Source: Candidatus Nealsonbacteria bacterium (lineage in GTDB: Bacteria; Patescibacteriota; Minisyncoccia; Minisyncoccales; MHMH01). Taken from it: a stretch of 64,000 nucleotides of DNA. How positions within the stretch are numbered: position 1 is the stretch's first letter; each line of letters begins with the position of its first letter. The notes beneath the pieces were generated by a model. The model had not been told where the DNA came from. It worked only from the letters and a program-made list of their open reading frames with translations, and ran no database searches. The stretch is from NCBI GenBank assembly GCA_016188865.1, contig JACPGX010000002.1, positions 130,398 to 194,397 on the forward strand, in the 5' to 3' direction. The translations under genes were made by a program, and so were the position numbers. Of this stretch, positions 8,938-16,821 are shown one piece after another.

Positions 8938-9576
8938 TTACGTCGCCAGTTCCGGCGGCACCTCCGGGTAATATCCCACTTCGGCCTGTTTGGGATGATG
9001 CAAGCCCCACAAGAGCTCAATAATTTCAGGAGTAGTCAGGGGCATCGCCTGCAGGCCGCATCTCCTCAAACCCAAGGCTACAAATTCCATTCTTTGCCAC
9101 AACTGCTGCTTAGCCATTTGAAATTTTTCTTCAGTCAAAACAGGAATTTTTAGGGCATCTCTAGTTTCAGCAAGCGAAAAAGGCACAACTGTAAAAAAAC
9201 TTTTTGACATAATTTCTCCATATCTGCCGGCTGGCGGAGCGCCGGTAATTAGGTCAGCGATAAATTGCCGGTATTCAGCTGTTTGATTCTTTAAAAGTTC
9301 ATTGGGTTGTTTGGCCTCTAGCGCGGCTAATTGGTCCAAATACCCCGTGATATTAAGCTGCCGCGTTTGGACTACGATCTGCAGGGAAAAATCCAAAGAA
9401 TTTAAAAATTCTTGAAATTGAGCAATGATAGATGATTGTTCTTCGTCTGACTTTAAGGCAAAGTTTAAAGAAGAAACCATCATTATGGCTCTTAGGGCTT
9501 TATTTTTCAGAATAACTACGCCTTCTCTTATTTGTTCTATTTCAAGAAAATCTTGAGTTGTTGCTGCCGTGGGCAT
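8938..9576 (-). CDS. T4SS-associated protein, possibly the detached N-terminal domain of VirB4
   Basis: 212 aa with the pattern EIEQIREGVVILKN...LNFALKSDEEQ. Immediately upstream of the ATPase ORF; 212+593 aa is close to canonical VirB4 length. Confidence 0.55.
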   Translation of the reverse strand: MPTAATTQDFLEIEQIREGVVILKNKALRAIMMVSSLNFALKSDEEQSSIIAQFQEFLNSLDFSLQIVVQTRQLNITGYLDQLAALEAKQPNELLKNQTAEYRQFIADLITGAPPAGRYGEIMSKSFFTVVPFSLAETRDALKIPVLTEEKFQMAKQQLWQRMEFVALGLRRCGLQAMPLTTPEIIELLWGLHHPKQAEVGYYPEVPPELAT

Positions 9577-9580
9577 AAAA

Positions 9581-9982
9581 TTATCTTATTTGAGATGACA
9601 AGTCTTTTAAATGGCTTTTTCCTATCATGGTCGGCACCGGGGTTTCTTTAACTTCCGCGGGTTTTGGTTTCTCGGCCTGAACTAATTTTGGCGGCGGGCC
9701 GACTTTCTTTTTCCATAAATAGATTTTCGGCTGAAGAGTAAAAGCGATAAAGTTTTTAAAAACCAGGGGCAATGGCCTGCCGCCGGATTGGCCGAAAGCC
9801 AAAAGTGCGGCGATGGACAATATTATAATCGTGCCTAAAATGAAAAAAAAGAAGGGGACCGTAAAATAAAGAAAGAAACAAATCACCCCTCCAGCTCCGA
9901 CATAAATAAACTGCTGGAAAGTTAAGGGGCCCACTATTTTGGGTTTATGCTCAATAAATTGTGGAACGGTGAATTGGTCCAT
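9581..9982 (-). CDS. PrgI/VirB3-like small T4SS membrane protein
   Basis: N-terminus FTVPQFIEHKPKIVGPLTFQQFIY followed by two TM helices, as in the PrgI family. Confidence 0.7.
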   Translation of the reverse strand: MDQFTVPQFIEHKPKIVGPLTFQQFIYVGAGGVICFFLYFTVPFFFFILGTIIILSIAALLAFGQSGGRPLPLVFKNFIAFTLQPKIYLWKKKVGPPPKLVQAEKPKPAEVKETPVPTMIGKSHLKDLSSQIR

Positions 9983-9991
9983 AATAAATCG

Positions 9992-10399
9992 CTAAACAGC
10001 TTCGCGGTAAACATCGGGGCCCTTTTGGGCCGGCTGTTCTGCGGATGGGGCAGAAGTTTCCTTCCTTTGTTCGGTTCGGGGAAGCGCGCCAGTTAAGCTT
10101 TCTCTAACTTGCGAGAAAATACGAAAATCTAATTCCCTGGCGATATTTTCAGCTTGCTCTTTTTTTAAGCCGACTTCTTTTTCCAATATTTTAGAGAATT
10201 CTTCGGGGGGGGCTGTTTTCAATAAAATATCTCCCACTGCTCCAGCAATTAAAGTAACTTTTTTTCCGGGAACATCAAATTTTTCGCAAACATTGGCGAT
10301 ATATTCTGCCGTATCGGTTGAGAAAAAAGCTGTTTTTAAATCTTCCGGCAGTTTCTCTAAAATTTTAAGCAATTGTTCGTCAGTTAGTTCTTTTGGCAT
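9992..10399 (-). CDS. Hypothetical protein within the T4SS-like operon
   Basis: 135-aa ORF, tightly spaced with its neighbours; no recognisable motif. Confidence 0.5.
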   Translation of the reverse strand: MPKELTDEQLLKILEKLPEDLKTAFFSTDTAEYIANVCEKFDVPGKKVTLIAGAVGDILLKTAPPEEFSKILEKEVGLKKEQAENIARELDFRIFSQVRESLTGALPRTEQRKETSAPSAEQPAQKGPDVYREAV

Positions 10400-10405
10400 A
10401 TAATT

Positions 10406-12490
10406 TTAAGACATAGCTTTCCTTAATTCTTTAATTCTGTCTCTGACATTGTAATCATCACCCTTATCTATTGATCCGTATTTTTTCCAAGCGCGCGTAG
10501 CGGGCGAACTATGGAGCGAGTTGATGTTTTCAAGCTGCAGGATAAGTTTTTTCCTTTGGTCAACGTCGAGCGTAGCTATATGGCTGGCAAATGATGCCGC
10601 GTCTTTCACGTTTGTGCCCAAGTCTCTCCAAGCCTTTCCCAGAGTTTCATCCACTTCTTTCTGGACCTTTTCTATGGATACTTTGGTCTGGGAGCCGAGG
10701 CGAGTGATAAAGTCCATCCTCATCGTCCCAACCATCTCCTTTATTATTGTGTCATTTTCTTTGGAGGATTTGCTCCATTTATCTATGTCCGCAGGGTTTA
10801 ATCCGGCTCTTGATGTTTCCCTTTCGCCGGGAGTGAGCCATTCCGGTCTTCTCGCTGAAGCCGCTTTTCTCACCGTATTTTTTCTGAAATCGTCCGGTCC
10901 CGCAGCTTTTGAAGCCTCATTAAACATGCCGCTCTTGAAATCACTATCATTTTCCGCGCCCTTTTCAAGCATTAATTTCATTAAGGCTATAGATTTTCCT
11001 ATGTTTGCTTTCCTGAAAGGACTTTGTTTATGCCTTTCCATCTCAGCTCGTAATACGCTTTTGGCAGTATCTTCATCAACATCTTTGATTTTAGTCATAA
11101 GCTTTTTTCTTTGTTCTTCTATAAGGCCACTCCTCATCACGCCTGCTTGAGCCTCAACCATTTCTTTTTTTATTAACCTTCTTTCTCTTTGTCCTTTAAA
11201 TTCCTGAGCCAGCGCTTTTCTTTCTGCTGTGGGCATGGGTTCAGTGCGCAATCTGGTTTGTAGAGCCAATTCTCGCCCCGAGAGCGCTCCTAGTTTTTCG
11301 GCTCTTCTTTCTCTTTCCCAAAGCCGGGCTCGCATCGTTCCTCTTAGCGCTTGAGCGGTTAAGAACCCCGTGCCCGCGCCAACTGCCAATTCTCCCACCG
11401 ACCAAATGGCGTTTGCTGCTGTCGGAGTGAATTTTTTAGCCATAGTAAGAGAAAATATTAAATAAACAAACAATAAAACGAGCTTAAGGTAGCCGCCGGC
11501 AAGATCAAATCCTCTTCCCGAGAAGATGTTCGGCGGGTCCATTACTGCGGCAAAAAGTTTCAGGCCCAAACCCATTAAAAAGAACGCCACTACACCGAAA
11601 AATACCCATTGGAATAAATTTTTAAGCCACTGCTGAAAGAATTTTTCCGTCTTTGGTAAAATATAAGCGGCGAAAGCTAGCGGCGAAACAATGGCAAGCA
11701 GCCAGATAGCAACTATCCTCGCCAGAAAAAGTATGGCGTAAGTGAGAAAAATAAGCCCACCGATAATGCCGAAAGCCACCAGTATAAAGGTTTGACTGAA
11801 AGTTCCAAAAAATATTTCATTCGTCAGCATGGCGCTAGCAAATAACCAAGCCGCTGCCACATTAGCAAATGGAATCAATGCGGTTAGGCGATATGCGGCA
11901 AAAAATGGTATATATCCGATCACCGTATCTTTTAGTTCTCCCGCTATAGCCCTACCGACAGTAATCGCCAAGCCTTCCCCAGTCCCCCAAAGAGCCGCTT
12001 TTAGGGCATTCTGCACAATGGCCCCCACATCAACGAATATTTTGACAAAAAGCAAACTAAAATTGAGCAAGAAAGCAATAAGAATCAGCCGAGGCAGGGC
12101 CCTCTTCATACCAAAAGTTTCCGTTTTAAAAATATAAGAAAGAGCGATGGCTATAAAAATCAAAATAAAAATCATATTAGTAAACCCTGCAAGAAAACTC
12201 CAACCGGCCTGGACTAGCTGGTTGCCGCTCAAGCCGACGGAAAGCGTTGAAGCCCAATCTAAAAAGCCGGCTGTCAAAGTAATAAAAATAGACGAACCCA
12301 ATGCCGCTATCAGGAGATAAAAAAGCGTAGCTACAATGCGATCTATAAAATCAAGTGCGCCAAGCTGCATATCTGCGAGCGACGGGATAACATCCAAAAA
12401 AGCGCCGACAGGGTACGCATAAGCAAATATCCCCAAGAAAATTAAAGATAAAAGTATTATTTTATCGAGCCTCAAAAGGTTTCCCATCAT
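10406..12490 (-). CDS. VirB6/TrbL-like polytopic membrane protein with a long charged C-terminal domain
   Basis: About 8-10 hydrophobic helices in the first ~390 aa, then ~300 aa that are K/R/E-rich. 4-nt overlap with the upstream pilin-like gene. Confidence 0.6.
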   Translation of the reverse strand: MMGNLLRLDKIILLSLIFLGIFAYAYPVGAFLDVIPSLADMQLGALDFIDRIVATLFYLLIAALGSSIFITLTAGFLDWASTLSVGLSGNQLVQAGWSFLAGFTNMIFILIFIAIALSYIFKTETFGMKRALPRLILIAFLLNFSLLFVKIFVDVGAIVQNALKAALWGTGEGLAITVGRAIAGELKDTVIGYIPFFAAYRLTALIPFANVAAAWLFASAMLTNEIFFGTFSQTFILVAFGIIGGLIFLTYAILFLARIVAIWLLAIVSPLAFAAYILPKTEKFFQQWLKNLFQWVFFGVVAFFLMGLGLKLFAAVMDPPNIFSGRGFDLAGGYLKLVLLFVYLIFSLTMAKKFTPTAANAIWSVGELAVGAGTGFLTAQALRGTMRARLWERERRAEKLGALSGRELALQTRLRTEPMPTAERKALAQEFKGQRERRLIKKEMVEAQAGVMRSGLIEEQRKKLMTKIKDVDEDTAKSVLRAEMERHKQSPFRKANIGKSIALMKLMLEKGAENDSDFKSGMFNEASKAAGPDDFRKNTVRKAASARRPEWLTPGERETSRAGLNPADIDKWSKSSKENDTIIKEMVGTMRMDFITRLGSQTKVSIEKVQKEVDETLGKAWRDLGTNVKDAASFASHIATLDVDQRKKLILQLENINSLHSSPATRAWKKYGSIDKGDDYNVRDRIKELRKAMS

Positions 12491-13191
12491 TTAACATTAA
12501 CATTAACTACTTTATATGATCTGAATAGCGTTTCGCCATATGCCTCCACATTGCTGACATCTGAAGCAATAATTAATGGCGGATTATCGGCAGTTGCTTG
12601 GTGACCCCTTAGGTAATATAAAGTTAACTGGCAGGCGCCTTTAACTTCTACCGATCCAATTTTTACTTGACCATCAAAATTATTAGCCTCTCCGGCGCGC
12701 AATTCTTCTATGAACGTATTGTAATCGGGGTTCATAAAAATTTTTACATATTGGCAGTCCACCTGCGTTAAAGTCGAAGTAGCAAATTTAATCGTCAATT
12801 CACCAGATTCTAGGGGGAACGGCGGTATTTTTAATTCGGTTAATTGAGGATTAATAGTGTTAAGAATCAGGACAGATCCCAAAAGAAGGGCTAGCCCTAT
12901 TACCGCAGACCTGATTCTGTCTAAGGCCTCCTTCATTTTGCCGGCATTGCCGGCCGAAGTCAGATACTGAAATCCGGCTGTTACTAAAACAATAAAAACC
13001 GCTAAGCCGCCCAGAGAAATTCCCCATTCGTAAAGATATTTAATCAGCTCGGTAAGCCCGGTACTTTCATTAAGCGGCGTGCCCAATGGCGAATTTGGCC
13101 AGTTTAATTCTAGCGGAGCAGCCGAAACTTGATAGCCGGCAATAAAACAGCCTGCAAAAATTAAAAATATGGCAACTGTTGTTTTTTCCAT
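12487..13191 (-). CDS. VirB2/TrbC-like pilin module fused to a C-terminal ~110-aa beta-rich domain
   Basis: Signal peptide, then two TM helices separated by SAGNAGKMKEALDRIRS (pilin-like hairpin), then an extra domain. Confidence 0.5.
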   Translation of the reverse strand: MEKTTVAIFLIFAGCFIAGYQVSAAPLELNWPNSPLGTPLNESTGLTELIKYLYEWGISLGGLAVFIVLVTAGFQYLTSAGNAGKMKEALDRIRSAVIGLALLLGSVLILNTINPQLTELKIPPFPLESGELTIKFATSTLTQVDCQYVKIFMNPDYNTFIEELRAGEANNFDGQVKIGSVEVKGACQLTLYYLRGHQATADNPPLIIASDVSNVEAYGETLFRSYKVVNVNVK

Positions 13192-13275
13192 ATGGCTATT
13201 TATATTATATCACAAACTAAAAACAAACAAAAAGAGGGGGACAAACTCTCTCGCATAGAGTAAGCCCCCTTGGTT

Positions 13276-13764
13276 TTATTTGATTATTTCAGGGTCATCC
13301 AAAATGACCCCTCTTTTTTTATATCCCGCCTCTTGGATGCCATAGTATCTTCCCCTTATCAGTACGGTAACTCCCTTAGTCAACCGAGCGAAATTAGAAA
13401 CATCGCGGCTGCCGTTGTATACTGAAGCTACAATGTATAATTCTTCTGTTTTAGGTCCGAAGAAGAAAAAAATGGAGCCTCCGTTTCCGTCCGTTATGCC
13501 CTCGTAGATGGCCGAAACTTCAACGGTTTGTCCGATTTTGTATTTTCCGGCAAGAGAGTTTAAAATAAACGCCTGCGCGGCAATTACACCTTTCTGCGGA
13601 GTTTGCGTTGGCGGTTGGCTCGGCTTCGGCGTTTGGGTTGATCCGGGTGGCACTGGCATCGGGTTTGTGTCATTATCGCCGAGAGACAATAACCCCCAAG
13701 TCAGCATAACCGATATCAGAATTGACAGCGCGACAATCATCATTATTTTTTTCATTGAACTCAC
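13276..13764 (-). CDS. Hypothetical secreted/anchored protein
   Basis: N-terminal TM/signal sequence and a P/T/Q-rich linker. Confidence 0.5.
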   Translation of the reverse strand: MSSMKKIMMIVALSILISVMLTWGLLSLGDNDTNPMPVPPGSTQTPKPSQPPTQTPQKGVIAAQAFILNSLAGKYKIGQTVEVSAIYEGITDGNGGSIFFFFGPKTEELYIVASVYNGSRDVSNFARLTKGVTVLIRGRYYGIQEAGYKKRGVILDDPEIIK

Positions 13765-13777
13765 CTCCCCTAATTTT

Positions 13778-14419
13778 CTATTCTATTGTAGCACTTTTTA
13801 GGATTTTGTCAACAGTATTTATAAATTCTAACCAGCTTTCTTCCGAAGCGAAGAAAGCGACCCAATACGTTTTTTCGCCTCGAGATAATATTTTTTCTTT
13901 AGAGCGCAAATGAGCACCGGCTGGATTAACATATTCTCCCTCAAAAGTTCCCTCACTGCCGTTAGTTTCTAGTTTTAATGTTTCCACCGTCCAGCCGTTG
14001 GACCTATTGGTTTCCTGCATTTTTTCAAAAATTTCCTTGATGGGTATTTTGAAAATACCGGCATAAACAATTAATTGGTTGGATTTTCCCTGCAAAAAAT
14101 TTTGAGCCAAAAATAGGGCCCTTAGATTATATTTTTCCGCCCAATCCTGCGGCACCATGGCTTGCAGAAAATTTTCATTGTCTATCGTTTGCCAATCTGC
14201 TGGATATTCCATCTCAAAATCAGCGTCAGGGCTTATAAATTTTTTGAATTGGTCGGTGGTGGTCGACCCATCACCTAAAGAAGATATTTTCTGTAGCCTT
14301 AAAGCGATATTTTCCAATGTTTCGGGGTTTGATAAATCGGGAGTCAGCCAAATTGCCGCGGCTCCCAGCGCTATGATTAAAATCAAGAATCCTAAAGTGA
14401 TAAAAATTATTTTTTTCAT
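13778..14419 (-). CDS. Hypothetical secreted/anchored protein
   Basis: Start set at MKKIIFITLGF, which forms an ATGA overlap with the upstream gene's stop. N-terminal TM helix. Confidence 0.5.
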   Translation of the reverse strand: MKKIIFITLGFLILIIALGAAAIWLTPDLSNPETLENIALRLQKISSLGDGSTTTDQFKKFISPDADFEMEYPADWQTIDNENFLQAMVPQDWAEKYNLRALFLAQNFLQGKSNQLIVYAGIFKIPIKEIFEKMQETNRSNGWTVETLKLETNGSEGTFEGEYVNPAGAHLRSKEKILSRGEKTYWVAFFASEESWLEFINTVDKILKSATIE

Positions 14420-16821
14420 AAATTGTACCAATTGCCGAAGATGCCGATATTAAAGCCCGTCAGCTTTAAAAGTACATTCACAAGAGTCCATGCGAAGAAA
14501 ATAAGACTCAAGCCGATGCCAGCGGCTTTCCATAAAGACATTATTTGAGCCATGGCAATGGCTTGCCCTAAGGCCGTGTAAAGCGTTACAGCCGTGGCTA
14601 TAGTTAATAATACCAAAATTATCGGCGTTATTCTAAATAAAAGAAAGTCAAGAATTATTTTTATTGATAAAAAAAGATGTTTGATCTGGCAGGGCTCGCG
14701 TTCATTCCAAGGAGTTTTTTGATTGTCTGTAGCTCTGCCGCAAGGCACTAGTCCGCCTTGGCTCATACCTCCTTCCAAAAAAGTGAAAGTCCATGAGTTA
14801 GACCAGTTGCTGGTTTCCTGGCAATTTTGATCAAGACAGGAGCGGACTTGCCATTGATATCGGCCCAAACATCCCAACTCCGTATAGCTGGAATTGACCA
14901 GCTCGGTTTTTAATGGCGGCACGGAACAGTCTTGGCTTTGTTCTTCAGCCGCTTTAGAAAGCAGTTTGACTTCATATTGGTAAGCCTTGGCTCCTACGAC
15001 TTTTTCCCAAGAAAGAAAATGCTCGTCCGTAAATAACATTCCCCTATTTTGCGGATATGTGGGGCTTAGCGGAGGGGAAATCCGGAATGTTTTAAAATTT
15101 TGAGAACTGCCATAATTGCCGCAAACTTGGCCATTATCACGAATGCAGGTTTTCACTCGCCAACTGTAATTTGTTTCTTGCAGCAAATCCGGAAAATCAA
15201 AAGTGATTTCCGGCTTGTCAGTTATTTTTTCTTCCCCCTTAATTTCAAAGACGTATGATTTGGCGCCGCTTACCGCATCCCATTTAAAATTTACGGGAAT
15301 GGGTATGCCGGCGGCTTCTGTGGCGGGATAAGTCAGATTCGGCGGCTGGCCGGTGGTTTTAAAAGTATAAATATCAGACCAGGAATTTTGGCATTTTTTT
15401 CCTTCATAATCAAAGCAAGAGAGCGCTTGCCATTGGTAAAAAGTGTTAAGCGATAATTCGGGATAGTCAAAAGAGCGACTTCGAGAGGTTCTTGCTAATT
15501 CTTGTTTTGAGTCGATTTTATACCACCAAGAATTAATTCCCGCATCTTTTCGCCAGTCTAATACTAAAGGAAAACCAACTGGCTTTAGCCCTTGCGGGTC
15601 ATCCGGCGGCGCCACCAAGAAAGTTTCGACAGCCGCTTTTTCGCTGGTCTTGAAGGTCCACTGCTGGCTAGGTTCTCCGCAGTCAATGCCGCTATCATCT
15701 GTACATGTGAGAATTTCCCATGCATAGGTGGTGGTTCCCGTGAAAAAGTACATATCCTCGTCTAAAAAATCGGAAAAAAGAGTTTTTTCTATTTGTTCGG
15801 GGTCTCTTCTCTGCTTTCTCAAAACCCAAGAATCACAGAATTCTCTTCCGTTTTTAGCAGCTAGAAGATTGGGGTGGCAGACTTTTTGCCCTCCCTGTAT
15901 TATATAAACGCCGAGGCGGTATGATTCGGCTTTTTCAACGTCGCACCAATCGAGTGTAGTCGGCGTGGAGGTGCCCCCCATATCTAATCCCGCCCAATCG
16001 GCGTCGTAAGGAGCAATAAGTTCCGGGGCCAAGTTGGTTCCAAAACTTTGGCCGTTAGGCCATTCACCGCAGTCCTCCCCTCCCGCATTAAGGCAGGCGC
16101 GGACTCGCCAGAGATAGTCGCCGCCGGATTTTATCTGGCATTCCAGTTTGTAAGCCGAGTCATCAACGGTTTGCAATTGAGTATCGGTTACTATTTTAGA
16201 AAGTGGCGGGTTAACGATATTAAACTCATAAGAGCCGACAGTGCAGAAATTTGGAGATTTAGCCACTTCTTTTTCAACATTATCTTCCCAGCCGAAATTT
16301 ATCGGCAGTTTATATTTAGAGCCATCGGAAACATTTTTTGGCAAAAGGTCGGCGTCGTCCAATGGTTTTAAATCCGGCGCGGGATAGCAGGCGCCTGAAC
16401 ATTGCGGCGTTGACGGGGCCGTGCCCCAATTATTGTAAGTTGCCGGACATATTTGGTAATCAGGCACAGAGCCATAGGGCTTGATCTGGTCGGGCCCGTG
16501 CGGTCCGCTAACTACATTTGTTCCGCCTGAGCTGCTACAGCCATTTGAACAAAACCAATTAACGCATTCGTACCACTCTATTCCCTGTTCCATGGCCCCG
16601 CCGGCTTTCCCGCAGAAATTATTAGCGCATTTATAAACGGCAAAATCGTTACAGCGGTAAGGCGGAGAGGAGCTGCATACTTCTGGCCCCGGGACGCAGG
16701 CTGGCGGCGGGGTGGGGGGCGTTTCTGGAGGAGGCTCCTCTTCGGCTAAGATTAAATTTACAAATAAAAAAGAAGCAAAAACCAGAAAAGCGACAAAAAA
16801 GACAATTAAAAATTTACTCAT
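14416..16821 (-). CDS. Giant Cys-rich repeat surface protein ending in a T4SS pilin (LVPCG) module
   Basis: Signal peptide, then repeated ~90-aa W/C-containing units (YxWRV..C / YQWQ..SC). The C-terminus GGLVPCG...PC...two TM...IFFAWTLVNVLLK parallels the pilin at 24077-24472. Confidence 0.7.
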   Translation of the reverse strand: MSKFLIVFFVAFLVFASFLFVNLILAEEEPPPETPPTPPPACVPGPEVCSSSPPYRCNDFAVYKCANNFCGKAGGAMEQGIEWYECVNWFCSNGCSSSGGTNVVSGPHGPDQIKPYGSVPDYQICPATYNNWGTAPSTPQCSGACYPAPDLKPLDDADLLPKNVSDGSKYKLPINFGWEDNVEKEVAKSPNFCTVGSYEFNIVNPPLSKIVTDTQLQTVDDSAYKLECQIKSGGDYLWRVRACLNAGGEDCGEWPNGQSFGTNLAPELIAPYDADWAGLDMGGTSTPTTLDWCDVEKAESYRLGVYIIQGGQKVCHPNLLAAKNGREFCDSWVLRKQRRDPEQIEKTLFSDFLDEDMYFFTGTTTYAWEILTCTDDSGIDCGEPSQQWTFKTSEKAAVETFLVAPPDDPQGLKPVGFPLVLDWRKDAGINSWWYKIDSKQELARTSRSRSFDYPELSLNTFYQWQALSCFDYEGKKCQNSWSDIYTFKTTGQPPNLTYPATEAAGIPIPVNFKWDAVSGAKSYVFEIKGEEKITDKPEITFDFPDLLQETNYSWRVKTCIRDNGQVCGNYGSSQNFKTFRISPPLSPTYPQNRGMLFTDEHFLSWEKVVGAKAYQYEVKLLSKAAEEQSQDCSVPPLKTELVNSSYTELGCLGRYQWQVRSCLDQNCQETSNWSNSWTFTFLEGGMSQGGLVPCGRATDNQKTPWNEREPCQIKHLFLSIKIILDFLLFRITPIILVLLTIATAVTLYTALGQAIAMAQIMSLWKAAGIGLSLIFFAWTLVNVLLKLTGFNIGIFGNWYNL

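Noticed and set aside
10521-11150. 209-aa + strand ORF in the ORF track
   Set aside because: It lies entirely antisense within the VirB6-like gene. Its sequence is low-complexity and Ser/Phe/Leu-rich, with no start signals. It is the typical shadow ORF of an AT-rich coding region.
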